Notes: generated by a model not told the origin, from the letters alone. A stretch of DNA of 32,000 nt from Candidatus Velamenicoccus archaeovorus (GCF_004102945.1 NZ_CP019384.1:660001-692000); one strand, 5' to 3'. Shown: positions 17,031-25,727, counted from the first letter of the stretch. Numbers and translations: made by a program.

Positions 17031-17348
17031 ATGATGAAGAGAAAGAGGTTCGGGATGCTTAAACTGATTGTGGCTATTCTTCCGAAAGGAAAAATAAAGG
17101 CAATAATGCCAGTCCTTAAAGACACTGGGATTTTTGGCGCTACTGTGCTTTCCGGTAAGGGGCTGTGTACAGAAGCTGGTAGACGCACAATTGGTTTACA
17201 GATTGGTTCATGTAGAGAGATTTTAATTCTTCTGACGCTGGATGTTAACAGAGAGAAACTCATCAAAGTACTGGAAAAACATGGTAACTTAAAAGAGCCG
17301 GGACAAGGTATTCTTTTTGTAATGAATGTCAACCGTGTTGTTGGATAA
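17031..17348 (+). CDS. P-II (GlnB)-like signal transduction protein
   Basis: SD AAGGGGA. LKLIVAILPKGKIKAIMPVLKDTGIFGATVLSGKGL...EILILLTLDVNREKLIKVLEKHG...GQGILFVMNVNRVVG follows the beta-alpha-beta P-II pattern with a T-loop-like insert. Confidence 0.6.
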   Translation: MMKRKRFGMLKLIVAILPKGKIKAIMPVLKDTGIFGATVLSGKGLCTEAGRRTIGLQIGSCREILILLTLDVNREKLIKVLEKHGNLKEPGQGILFVMNVNRVVG

Positions 17349-17365
17349 AAAGGGAGGGGGTAAAA

Positions 17366-17782
17366 ATGACAAGTAAAACTATATATATTACCGATAATGA
17401 TATGAGAAGATTACGGGAATTGATAATGGTTGCGAGACAATTTAAAAAAGAAGAAGAGAAGTATTTGCAGGATTTAGAAGCTGAGCTGAACAGGGGCAAA
17501 ATCATAAAATCTCAAGATATTCCGCAGGACATTATCACGATGAGCTCGGAAGTTCATTTGCGAGATTTAAACACAAAAGAAGAAATAACGTATCAATTGG
17601 TTTTCCCCGATCAGGCCGATGCTAGTCAGGGGAGAGTTTCAATCTTAGCGCCGATTGGTACGGCATTACTCGGATATAGCGTTGGGGATATTATTGAATG
17701 GAAAGTGCCTGCAGGTGTTGCGAAACTGCAGGTTGAAAAAATCATTTATCAACCGGAAGCGAACGGCGAAGATCTCTCTTGA
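17366..17782 (+). CDS. rnk: regulator of nucleoside diphosphate kinase (Rnk), GreA/GreB C-terminal-domain family
   Basis: SD GGGAGGGGG. End-to-end resemblance to E. coli Rnk as recalled from memory, not database-checked (ITDNDMRRL..., DIITMSSEVHLRDLNT, VSILAPIGTALLGYSVGDIIEWKVPAGV, YQPEA). Confidence 0.85.
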   Translation: MTSKTIYITDNDMRRLRELIMVARQFKKEEEKYLQDLEAELNRGKIIKSQDIPQDIITMSSEVHLRDLNTKEEITYQLVFPDQADASQGRVSILAPIGTALLGYSVGDIIEWKVPAGVAKLQVEKIIYQPEANGEDLS

Positions 17783-17821
17783 TATTATAAGCGTTAAAAA
17801 ATAGAAGGGGGGTGAGAACCG

Positions 17822-17872
17822 ATGGGGGATAAGGTCGCAAATAAGAAGAAGGCTAAAAAGAGAAAGAAGTAA
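17822..17872 (+). CDS. polybasic micro-ORF 2 (16 aa: MGDKVANKKKAKKRKK)
   Basis: SD AAGGGGGG at 17805-17812. It is followed directly by the 15-bp-stem hairpin. Confidence 0.3.
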   Translation: MGDKVANKKKAKKRKK

Positions 17873-17878
17873 TGTTTT

Positions 17879-17923
17879 TACAAGAATCCTTCCGTAATGC
17901 CTTATTGCGGGAGGATTCTTGTA
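17879..17923 (+). terminator. long hairpin, candidate terminator closing the cargo operon
   Basis: TACAAGAATCCTTCC (17879-17893) pairs with GGGAGGATTCTTGTA (17909-17923) across a 15-nt loop. Only TTT follows, so the termination call is tentative. Confidence 0.4.
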
Positions 17924-17944
17924 TTTACGAAATATGTTGTTAAG

Positions 17945-18245
17945 TGGCACTGGGTCCTTGGAAGGGGGCTTGGGTGAGGGTCGGGCGAGGCGCAAGGAGC
18001 CAGTGATAGTGGTTAAAAAAATCGATGTCCATGTCCATCACTTTTGGGGTTTGGGCATAAGTGGTCAACCCGGCCAAAATGAGCGTCCAGCGACGGGAAA
18101 TAGGCGATTTTAGGGGTGTTTTAGGGACTCCCGGGAAGGCCGAAAAAGGGCATTTTGATGGACATGGATGGACGCGCAAATGTCCATCCCGGCACAAATT
18201 TACGGCATTTCTGACAAATATCTTGCTTTATTTATAAGATGATAT
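17945..18245. repeat. noncoding module, copy 1 (diverged direct repeat of 26840-27130)
   Basis: Blocks shared in the same order with copy 2: GGGTCCTTGG (17952-17961), the identical 23-mer GGGTGAGGGTCGGGCGAGGCGCA (17972-17994), CAGTGAT (18001-18007), ATGTCCATGTCCAT (18025-18038), GAGCGTC (18081-18087), AGGGGTGTTTT (18112-18122). The word ATGGACAT occurs 5 times in both orientations. Confidence 0.8.
18211..18238 (+). promoter_or_regulatory. candidate promoter of the controller-mod-res operon (CTGACA-N16-TATAAG)
   Basis: CTGACA at 18211-18216 and TATAAG at 18233-18238. The predicted start lies a few nt before ATG 18249 and there is no SD, so the controller mRNA may be leaderless. Confidence 0.35.
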
Positions 18246-18248
18246 AAA

Positions 18249-18452
18249 ATGTTAAATATGGATTTAATCAAAGAACTCGATTCCTACCGCTTGGATAATA
18301 AGATCACTCAACAGGCCCTCGCAGAACAGCTTGGCGTGTCTTTTGTGACCGTCAATCGATGGTTTAACAACAAGACCAAGCCCAGCAAAATTCAACAATT
18401 TCAGATTGAGAAGTTTTTGAAGGGCAAGACCGGGAGCAAGAAAAAAATATGA
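18249..18452 (+). CDS. Xre-family HTH protein (R-M controller-like)
   Basis: ITQQALAEQLGVSFVTVNRWFNNKTKPS is an HTH_3 motif. 4-nt ATGA overlap with mod. Confidence 0.8.
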   Translation: MLNMDLIKELDSYRLDNKITQQALAEQLGVSFVTVNRWFNNKTKPSKIQQFQIEKFLKGKTGSKKKI

Positions 18453-20119
18453 GCGCATACAGCACTTTGTCTAAAGAGCAGTTAATTGCCGAGATTAAGC
18501 GCCTGAAAAAAGGGAAGAAGTTCGGGCTACTTTGGGAGGATAAACCCGAGGATGTCGCAGAACTTTGCAAGACGAAATTGCCTGTCTTGGTGGATGTCGA
18601 GGACAAGGAAATTTCCGATGGGCCTCACGATCCCACAAATATCCTGATTGAGGGTGACAATTATCATGCCTTGTCGGTTTTGAACTACACGCACCCAGGT
18701 AAAATTGATGTTATTTATATCGATCCACCTTATAACACGGGGGCTAAAACTTGGCGATATAACAATAATTACGTAGAGAAAGACGACGCTTATAGACACA
18801 GTAAGTGGTTATCGTTTATGAGCAAACGACTGAGGCTTGCTTATAAGTTGTTGCCAAGTGACGGTTTTTTGATTTGCGCTATTGATAATAATGAATTGTA
18901 TACAATAGGTTTATTGCTGGACGAAATTTTCGGAGAGAACAATAGGCTTGGATTGGTTACGGTTTTGCATAATCCTAAAGGGCGTAATCAATCAAAATTC
19001 TTTTCAGAAAATAGCGAGTTTATGTTGATTTATGCGCGCAATATAGACCGGGTAAGTTTTAACAAGGTTGCTCTAAATGAAGAAGTCCAGCTCACTTTTG
19101 ATTTAGAGGATGAACAGGGCAAATATAGGCTGGAACCGTTTATGCGTGCAAGAACCGTTTGGTCAAGAGAAAATAGGCCGTTAAATTGGTATCCTATATT
19201 CGTTAGTAAAGATTTAACCCATATAACATCTGAGAAAATTGCTGGGTATCACGAAATATACCCTATTACCAATAATGGCAAAGAAATGGCATGGAAGAAT
19301 ATAAAAGAAACGTTTGATCAGCTCAACGATGGCGACTATTTTACTGCAAAAAAAGATAATGATAAAGTTACAATTTATCATAAATATCGAGAGCAACAAG
19401 TGCTGAAGAATGTTTGGCTGGATCAAAAGTATCAATCCGAATTTCATGGCACTAATTTGTTAAAGAGGATGCTTGGGAAAAATATATTTGACTATCCTAA
19501 GTCGCTTTATTTATTGATCGATATTCTTAAACTAACTACAAAAAAAGATTCTGTTGTTCTGGATTTCTTCGCCGGTTCTGGAACCACAGGACATGCGGTA
19601 TTGGAGTTAAATAATAATGATGCCGGTTCCCGCCGGTTTATAATATGTACTAATAATGAAAATAATATTTGTTCCGATGTTTGTTATCCTCGTATAAAGA
19701 AAGCCATTACTGGTTACAAGGATTCCAAGGGTGAAAAGGTTGAGGGCCTTGGTGGAAACCTGAAGTATTTCCGCACGGACTTCGTTAACGCTGATTCTAC
19801 CGATAAGAATAAAAAGAAATTGACCGAGATGGCCACGGAGATGCTCTGCCTCAAGGAAAGCACCTTCGAGAAGATAACGAGCAAAAAGGCGTTTAAGATT
19901 TATAAGAATACCAACCACTACACCGGCATAATCTTTGACCAGATAGCGATTCCTGATTTCAAGGAAGCCATTGCCAAGTTAAAGGGCAAATTCAGCGTAT
20001 ATGTCTTTTCGCTCGGGGATGATTCTTTCGAGGATGAATTTAAGGATATTAAGCAGAAGGTCAAGCTGTCGCCCATTCCCGAAGTCATCTTACGGGTTTA
20101 CAGGAGAATTTTTAAATAA
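18449..20119 (+). CDS. mod: type III R-M DNA methyltransferase (Mod, beta-class N6A/N4C)
   Basis: Motif IV DVIYIDPPYNTG lies N-terminal to motif I LDFFAGSGTTGHAV, with a variable region between them. Confidence 0.9.
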   Translation: MSAYSTLSKEQLIAEIKRLKKGKKFGLLWEDKPEDVAELCKTKLPVLVDVEDKEISDGPHDPTNILIEGDNYHALSVLNYTHPGKIDVIYIDPPYNTGAKTWRYNNNYVEKDDAYRHSKWLSFMSKRLRLAYKLLPSDGFLICAIDNNELYTIGLLLDEIFGENNRLGLVTVLHNPKGRNQSKFFSENSEFMLIYARNIDRVSFNKVALNEEVQLTFDLEDEQGKYRLEPFMRARTVWSRENRPLNWYPIFVSKDLTHITSEKIAGYHEIYPITNNGKEMAWKNIKETFDQLNDGDYFTAKKDNDKVTIYHKYREQQVLKNVWLDQKYQSEFHGTNLLKRMLGKNIFDYPKSLYLLIDILKLTTKKDSVVLDFFAGSGTTGHAVLELNNNDAGSRRFIICTNNENNICSDVCYPRIKKAITGYKDSKGEKVEGLGGNLKYFRTDFVNADSTDKNKKKLTEMATEMLCLKESTFEKITSKKAFKIYKNTNHYTGIIFDQIAIPDFKEAIAKLKGKFSVYVFSLGDDSFEDEFKDIKQKVKLSPIPEVILRVYRRIFK

Positions 20120-22338
20120 TGCGACTTAAAAACTATCAAATTAACGCCATCAATGAGCTTTTGGGTAAATCCAAGAAGCTGTTTACTTACTCCGATAATA
20201 AAAAGCTGATTTTTAAGGCTCCGACCGGCTCGGGCAAAACTGTAATGGTGGCTGAGTTTTTAAAGCAGTTATGCGAGGATAAGGAGGTTAAAGCTCCGCT
20301 TTCGTTTATCTGGACAGCTCCACGTCAGTTGCACGGGCAGAGCAGGGACAAGTTGGATTCTTATTATGAGCCAAGCCGGGCCCTGAGGTGCTCATTCTTT
20401 GAGGATTTGGACGACAAGCGTATTGATCAAAACGAAATTCTTTTCTTTAACTGGGAGAGCATCAATAAAGAAGGCAATATTTATATCCGGGATAATGAGC
20501 AGGACAATAACCTGACCAGTGTTCTTGCCAACACCCGGGAAGAAGGTCGGACGATCATTCTCATTATCGATGAAAGCCATCATCACGCCACAAGCGAAAT
20601 ATCGCAAAATTTAATCCGGGACATTAACCCTAAATTGACGATTGAGGTCTCGGCCACGCCGGTCTTGGAAAGTCCGGATGAGATCGTTTCTGTCCAGTTG
20701 GAAGACGTCAAGGCCGAAGGCATGATCAAAAAGGCCGTCGTACTCAATCCAGAGTTTAATAACGTCATAAAAGACGCCAAGGTGCAAAGCCAATTAAGCA
20801 AACAATCCGAAGAATTGGTTATCGAGCTTGCCCTAAAAAAAAGAAAAGCCCTCAAGGAAGCCTACGAAAAGGAAAAGGTAGACATTAACCCTCTGGTGCT
20901 TGTGCAGTTGCCGGATCGTCATACCAGTCTTGAAGACGTGGTAAAAGACAAGGTTATAGCGATTCTAAAGGACAAGCACAAAATAACGACCGAAAACGGC
21001 AAGTTGGCAATTCATCTCTCAGGAGACCATGAAAATTTAGAAAATATCTCAAAAGCAGACAGTGAAGCGGAAGTCTTAATTTTTAAGCAGGCTCTCGCTC
21101 TTGGCTGGGATTGTCCCCGGGCCCATATACTGGTATTGTTTCGTGACTGGAAAAGCATTGTTTTTTCAATCCAGACTATCGGCAGGATCATGCGTATGCC
21201 CGATCCGGATTATGGGCATTACACGAATGAGATTTTGAATTACGGATACATCTTTACCAATCTGGACGATATAGAAATCCAAGAGGATATCGCCAGAGAC
21301 TATATTACCGTCCACACGTCCCGGCGTCGTGGGGATTATACGCCTTTGGGCCTGCCGTCCTGCCATTCAAAGAGGCATCGTGAAAAGACAAGATTATCCA
21401 CGTTATTTATTAAAGTCTTCTTGCAGGAAGCTAGCGCTTACGGCCTTGCCAAGAAAATACAAAAGAAATCTAAAGGCTTGAGTGTAAATTTCATCTCAGA
21501 TTATAAAGCGGAAAGTGTTGACGCTCTCGTGGGGCAGAAAATTGCCGGTGACAAAGGTATCAAGATGACCGGATTTGATCTGCAAAAGTATTTTGACTAT
21601 TTCGTGCGGAAAAATCTTTCTCCGTTTCATCCGGAAGACCGATCAATCGGCAGGTTGAAAGAAGCTATCTACTATTTTTTTGACCAGATGCTGGACATGA
21701 AATATGAGGACGTGCAGGAAGAAATCGTCGAGATGGTACTTAATGAGGATAATATTCAGCATTTCGTCAATATTATCGACCAGACTAAGACAAGGTATCT
21801 GGATCATGTCTCAAAGCGGGAAAAAGAACTTGATTATGACGATAGCTGGGATGTTCCGGAAAGTATAAGTTACAGCTCGGCCTATACGGAGATTGATCAC
21901 AAGTTGAAATCAATAATGCAACCGTTCTTTTGCAATGAGACTTCTGTCATAGAGATGGCGTTTATCAGTTTTCTTGAAAAGCAAGGGCGCATTCATTGGT
22001 GGTTTAAGAATGGCGACCGGGACGCGGTTTACTTCGCTGTGCCTTATCAGGAAAACGGCGACAGGAAGCCATTCTACGTTGATTTTATTGTCCAAATGAA
22101 AGACGGTTCAACGGGCCTTTTCGATACAAAGTCGGGTTTAACTCGGCAGGTGGCTGGGACGAAGATTGATGGACTTAACGCCTATATCAAAGAGCAGAAT
22201 AAGAAAGGCAAAAATCTATTCGGCGGGATCGTCACAAACACTGATCCTCGTAAGTTTACGGGCCGTTGGATTTCTTTTAATAAAGACGGCAAGGAATTAT
22301 CGACCAGTAATGATAACTGGGAGAATTTGGATTTATAA
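20119..22338 (+). CDS. res: type III restriction endonuclease (Res, helicase + PD-(D/E)xK nuclease)
   Basis: Walker A FKAPTGSGKT. DEAH-like IIDESHH. QALALGWDCPRA and QTIGRIMR helicase motifs. C-terminal FYVDFIV...LFDTKSG nuclease-like motif. TAATG overlap with mod. Confidence 0.85.
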   Translation: MRLKNYQINAINELLGKSKKLFTYSDNKKLIFKAPTGSGKTVMVAEFLKQLCEDKEVKAPLSFIWTAPRQLHGQSRDKLDSYYEPSRALRCSFFEDLDDKRIDQNEILFFNWESINKEGNIYIRDNEQDNNLTSVLANTREEGRTIILIIDESHHHATSEISQNLIRDINPKLTIEVSATPVLESPDEIVSVQLEDVKAEGMIKKAVVLNPEFNNVIKDAKVQSQLSKQSEELVIELALKKRKALKEAYEKEKVDINPLVLVQLPDRHTSLEDVVKDKVIAILKDKHKITTENGKLAIHLSGDHENLENISKADSEAEVLIFKQALALGWDCPRAHILVLFRDWKSIVFSIQTIGRIMRMPDPDYGHYTNEILNYGYIFTNLDDIEIQEDIARDYITVHTSRRRGDYTPLGLPSCHSKRHREKTRLSTLFIKVFLQEASAYGLAKKIQKKSKGLSVNFISDYKAESVDALVGQKIAGDKGIKMTGFDLQKYFDYFVRKNLSPFHPEDRSIGRLKEAIYYFFDQMLDMKYEDVQEEIVEMVLNEDNIQHFVNIIDQTKTRYLDHVSKREKELDYDDSWDVPESISYSSAYTEIDHKLKSIMQPFFCNETSVIEMAFISFLEKQGRIHWWFKNGDRDAVYFAVPYQENGDRKPFYVDFIVQMKDGSTGLFDTKSGLTRQVAGTKIDGLNAYIKEQNKKGKNLFGGIVTNTDPRKFTGRWISFNKDGKELSTSNDNWENLDL

Positions 22339-22365
22339 TTTGCTATCGCTATAGGATAACTCGTT

Positions 22366-22977
22366 ATGGATAAAAAAAATAAACTCGACTGCGTTACGGA
22401 GTTCTGGAAAAAGTGGTCAGCGTATGAGAAGGCCTCCAGTGAGTGGGTGTTGACTATTGAAAGGCTCGGTCTTTCATCAATCGATTCCTATGATTGGCTG
22501 ACAAAAGATGATGTATTCCACAAGTATGAGAAAACGCTAAAGAAGCATAAAGTAAAAAAGCCTGACTTGGGAAATCTTTATCAGGAAGCCAATCAAGCGG
22601 CTATCCCCATTATAGAATATCTATTCGGACCGAATGAAACACCGGTTATTCCTGAGCTTCCAACGTGGCTTCCCGGAGGCTATGCTGAATGGTGTGAAAA
22701 GACGAAAGATATGCAACTTGGGATGATGCACCGCATTATGGGCGCAAGAAACAGGATAATGTCTTCTGAGTTCAAAATCAGGCCGAAATTAATCCCGCGT
22801 AGCGGCTGGTCAAGTCCGTATCCCATAACGCATTGGGCAAAGGTATTTAATATAAGCCGTAAGACCATGCAAAACTGGCTTGAGAATAATCAGTTGTTAG
22901 CCCGCAAGATCGGCAGTAAATGGCAGATCGCCGTTGAAGAGCTTCCTACCGCTGACGATCAGGATTCCTCTCAGTAA
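22366..22977 (+). CDS. hypothetical protein with C-terminal excisionase-type HTH, fourth gene of the R-M operon
   Basis: Starts 27 nt after res with no intervening terminator. The C-terminus ITHWAKVFNISRKTMQNWLENNQLLARKIGSKWQI is HTH_17-like. The N-terminal ~150 aa are unrecognised. Confidence 0.6.
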   Translation: MDKKNKLDCVTEFWKKWSAYEKASSEWVLTIERLGLSSIDSYDWLTKDDVFHKYEKTLKKHKVKKPDLGNLYQEANQAAIPIIEYLFGPNETPVIPELPTWLPGGYAEWCEKTKDMQLGMMHRIMGARNRIMSSEFKIRPKLIPRSGWSSPYPITHWAKVFNISRKTMQNWLENNQLLARKIGSKWQIAVEELPTADDQDSSQ

Positions 22978-23011
22978 CAATCCCGTACAAAAAATAGCAG
23001 TAATCCTCACT

Positions 23012-23040
23012 AAAACGCCTTAGGGCGTTTTTTCTTTTTT
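23012..23040 (+). terminator. intrinsic terminator
   Basis: AAACGCC-TTAG-GGCGTTT stem-loop followed by TTTTCTTTTTT. Confidence 0.65.
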
Positions 23041-23148
23041 AAGCACAATCATTGTAAAAATTTGGGTAATTTTGGGTAAAGCTGGGAAGGCGTGTTTTTT
23101 TCAGTGATAAACTTCAAGTAGAAAAGAAATTCGCGAGGAGGATATCAC

Positions 23149-23388
23149 ATGGAAAGTTTGTTGACCGTTGAACGGCTTATGACCCATCTCAATCTAAAGC
23201 GAAGCCAGATTGATTATCTGGTGAATAATTGGCTTATTCCGCATTTTCGGCTTCCCAACGGAGAAGTCATGTTTCGCGCCTCGGAGATCGAGATTTGGCT
23301 TTTTACCTGTAGTGTTCCCAGCAATAACCGGAAATTACGAAAAATACTTAACGAAACACGGATGTGGCGATGCAAACAGCAAGATTAG
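23149..23388 (+). CDS. AlpA/excisionase-type HTH protein
   Basis: SD GAGGAGG. LLTVERLMTHLNLKRSQIDYLVNNWLIPHFRLPNGEVMFRASEIEIWL is the typical small HTH_17 pattern that precedes primase genes in integrative elements. Confidence 0.65.
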   Translation: MESLLTVERLMTHLNLKRSQIDYLVNNWLIPHFRLPNGEVMFRASEIEIWLFTCSVPSNNRKLRKILNETRMWRCKQQD

Positions 23389-25727
23389 ATTTTAACAAGA
23401 TATCTTTAATCATTCCGGCCGAGATTAGATCTCAAAAGGCGTGGGTGGGCTACGTCACCAGACAGAACAACGGCCGAATAGATAAGATCCCGATGAACGT
23501 TATGACGGGCGCGCCTGCCAAAAGTAATAACTCGGCAACTTGGGCGGATTATGAAACCGCTGTTGACTTAGCGGTTCAGCGCAATTATGCGGGTATTGGT
23601 TTTATGTTTCAGCCGCCGTATGTGGGTGTGGATATTGACCACTGTATGAAAGATGGCGTGATCGCGCCGTATGCGTTGGATATTTTAAATGCGCTTAACT
23701 CATATTCCGAGTATTCGCCTAGCGGCACCGGCATTCATATTCTTTGTAAAGGTGAAATCGCTCGGGCCTGCAAAATTTCAAAGATCGGCCTTGAGATTTA
23801 TACCAAGGGCAGATTTTTTACCGTTACCGGCAATCGCCTTGAAAATTATCCGGCAGAAATTAACGATTGCACTGATGCACTTAAAACGATATTCAGCCGG
23901 TTTGTAGATAAAGGGCCTTCGGATGACATTTTCGCCGTAATTGCCAAGAGCCAAGACGCAGGGAAATTTCAGCGTTTATATTCAGGTCAGTGGCAGAACG
24001 ATTACCCGTCTCAAAGCGAAGCGGATCTGGCGTTGTGTAACAAACTGGCCTTTTGGACAGGCAAAGACACCGGACGTATGGATTTATTATTCCGGCAGTC
24101 GGGCCTTATGAGACCTAAGTGGGATGAAAGGCATTTTGGTGACGGTAGGACTTACGGGCAGAGCGTTATTGAGAAAGCCGTCCAAGATGCCGAAAACGTG
24201 TTTGACGCGTCAAGATCTCCAAAACAGAAGAAACTCACCCAAGGCGAAATCATCACCCGAGATTGCGAAGAAACGGTTAGCGAATATCTGCGCGACCAGC
24301 AGGGCAATCCTTACGTTGTTCTGCCGTTTGATAAACATCTTGAGATTTGTCAAACAAGCAGTTCCCGTTTCAGGAATTATTGCGCTATGCGTTACCGTGA
24401 GGATTTTGGCCATCCTCCGGGAAGCGAAGCCATAAAGCAGGCGAAAGTCCAGATAGAGGCGAAGTGTGAAGGTGGAAGGCAAGTCGAGCTTTATAACCGT
24501 GTCGGCTGGCATGACGGGGCTATTTATTATGACCTTACGACCAAAGATTGGCGCGGGGTGGTTATTACCAAAGACGGCTGGGAGGTGGTTTTCTTGCCGC
24601 CGATATTTAAGAGATATCCGCATCAGGCAGAGCAGGTTATGCCGGTCAAGGGTTGCGATCCTAAAAAGCTATTGGAGTTTTGCAATATCAGTAAGGATGA
24701 CGCTTGCCTTTTTATGACCGTGGTAGCGGCATTTTTTATTCCCGACATTCCCCATGTCATACCGGTGCAAATCGGCGAGCAGGGAACAGGCAAGTCCAAC
24801 AACTCCCGGCTCATTAAAAGTTTGTGCGATCCTTCCAAGGTGATGTCCATTTCTGTGCCTAAGGATTTAGAGCAGGCGCAGATGATCGCGGATAAACACT
24901 GGTTGAATAATTTCGACAATTTTTCTCGCGTGTCTGAGTGGTTCAGTGATTTTTTATGCCGGGCAGTAACAGGCGAGGGAGATATGAAGCGATCGCTTTA
25001 CACCAATGATGAGGAATTCATCAGGACCTATCGCCGATGTTTCGTTTTAAACGGTATCGGCAGTGCTATATGCCGTCCGGATCTATTAGACCGTTCAGTT
25101 ATCTTCGATATACCAATCTTAAAAGAGACAAGGCCGGAGAAAGTCATCGCTTACGAATGGCGGGCTTCGCTTCCCGGTATTCTCGGCGGTTTCTTTTCGG
25201 CAATTTCAAACGCAATGGCAGTTATTGACGGTGTGTCCGGGCATGAGCGTTTTAGGATGTCGGATTTCGCGCAGTGGGGTGCGGCGTTGTCACAGCATTT
25301 GGGATTCTCCCGGGAGGAATTTTTTAAGCGGTATCAGCAATCGGTTGATCATAAATGGGAGGACACCGCAGAAGAGAGCACATTCGCGCAAAAGTTGGTC
25401 TATCTTGTGGAGTCAAACGGAGGCGAGTGGGCGGGTTCTGCGACCACACTGCTTGAGAGCATTAAGCCGGAAACCGGTTTTGATAAGACGCTACCCGGCA
25501 ACGCCCGGGCACTTGGTTCAGAGCTTATGCGCATCGCTCCGGTTATGCGCAGTGTGGGCATTGATATTTTACGTCCGGAAAAGCGTGAAGCCGGTACCGG
25601 CAGGAAGCTGGTTATCTTACGCAGGATAAAGGGTAATTCGCTTTTTAAAGGCAGTGTGAACGAAGGCGTGAATGAAGGTGAACAAGGAAAGGATTTTTGT
25701 GATGAAGACGATCCAAGGCCGTATTAA
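23370..25727 (+). CDS. primase-polymerase / helicase replication protein (Prim-Pol N-terminus, PriCT-like region, P-loop NTPase)
   Basis: GIGFMF...VGVDIDHC...SPSGTGIHILCKG...GRFFTVTGN (prim-pol). SQSEADLALCNKLAFWTGKD...LFRQSGLMRPKWDE (primase C-terminal motif). Walker A GEQGTGKS. The track start 23364 is a GTG and ATG is at 23370. Confidence 0.85.
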   Translation: MQTARLDFNKISLIIPAEIRSQKAWVGYVTRQNNGRIDKIPMNVMTGAPAKSNNSATWADYETAVDLAVQRNYAGIGFMFQPPYVGVDIDHCMKDGVIAPYALDILNALNSYSEYSPSGTGIHILCKGEIARACKISKIGLEIYTKGRFFTVTGNRLENYPAEINDCTDALKTIFSRFVDKGPSDDIFAVIAKSQDAGKFQRLYSGQWQNDYPSQSEADLALCNKLAFWTGKDTGRMDLLFRQSGLMRPKWDERHFGDGRTYGQSVIEKAVQDAENVFDASRSPKQKKLTQGEIITRDCEETVSEYLRDQQGNPYVVLPFDKHLEICQTSSSRFRNYCAMRYREDFGHPPGSEAIKQAKVQIEAKCEGGRQVELYNRVGWHDGAIYYDLTTKDWRGVVITKDGWEVVFLPPIFKRYPHQAEQVMPVKGCDPKKLLEFCNISKDDACLFMTVVAAFFIPDIPHVIPVQIGEQGTGKSNNSRLIKSLCDPSKVMSISVPKDLEQAQMIADKHWLNNFDNFSRVSEWFSDFLCRAVTGEGDMKRSLYTNDEEFIRTYRRCFVLNGIGSAICRPDLLDRSVIFDIPILKETRPEKVIAYEWRASLPGILGGFFSAISNAMAVIDGVSGHERFRMSDFAQWGAALSQHLGFSREEFFKRYQQSVDHKWEDTAEESTFAQKLVYLVESNGGEWAGSATTLLESIKPETGFDKTLPGNARALGSELMRIAPVMRSVGIDILRPEKREAGTGRKLVILRRIKGNSLFKGSVNEGVNEGEQGKDFCDEDDPRPY

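Noticed and set aside
17940-18197. 85-aa minus-strand ORF covering module copy 1
   Set aside because: The equivalent frame in module copy 2 is closed by a stop immediately upstream of the conserved 23-mer. The conservation is therefore not protein-coding.
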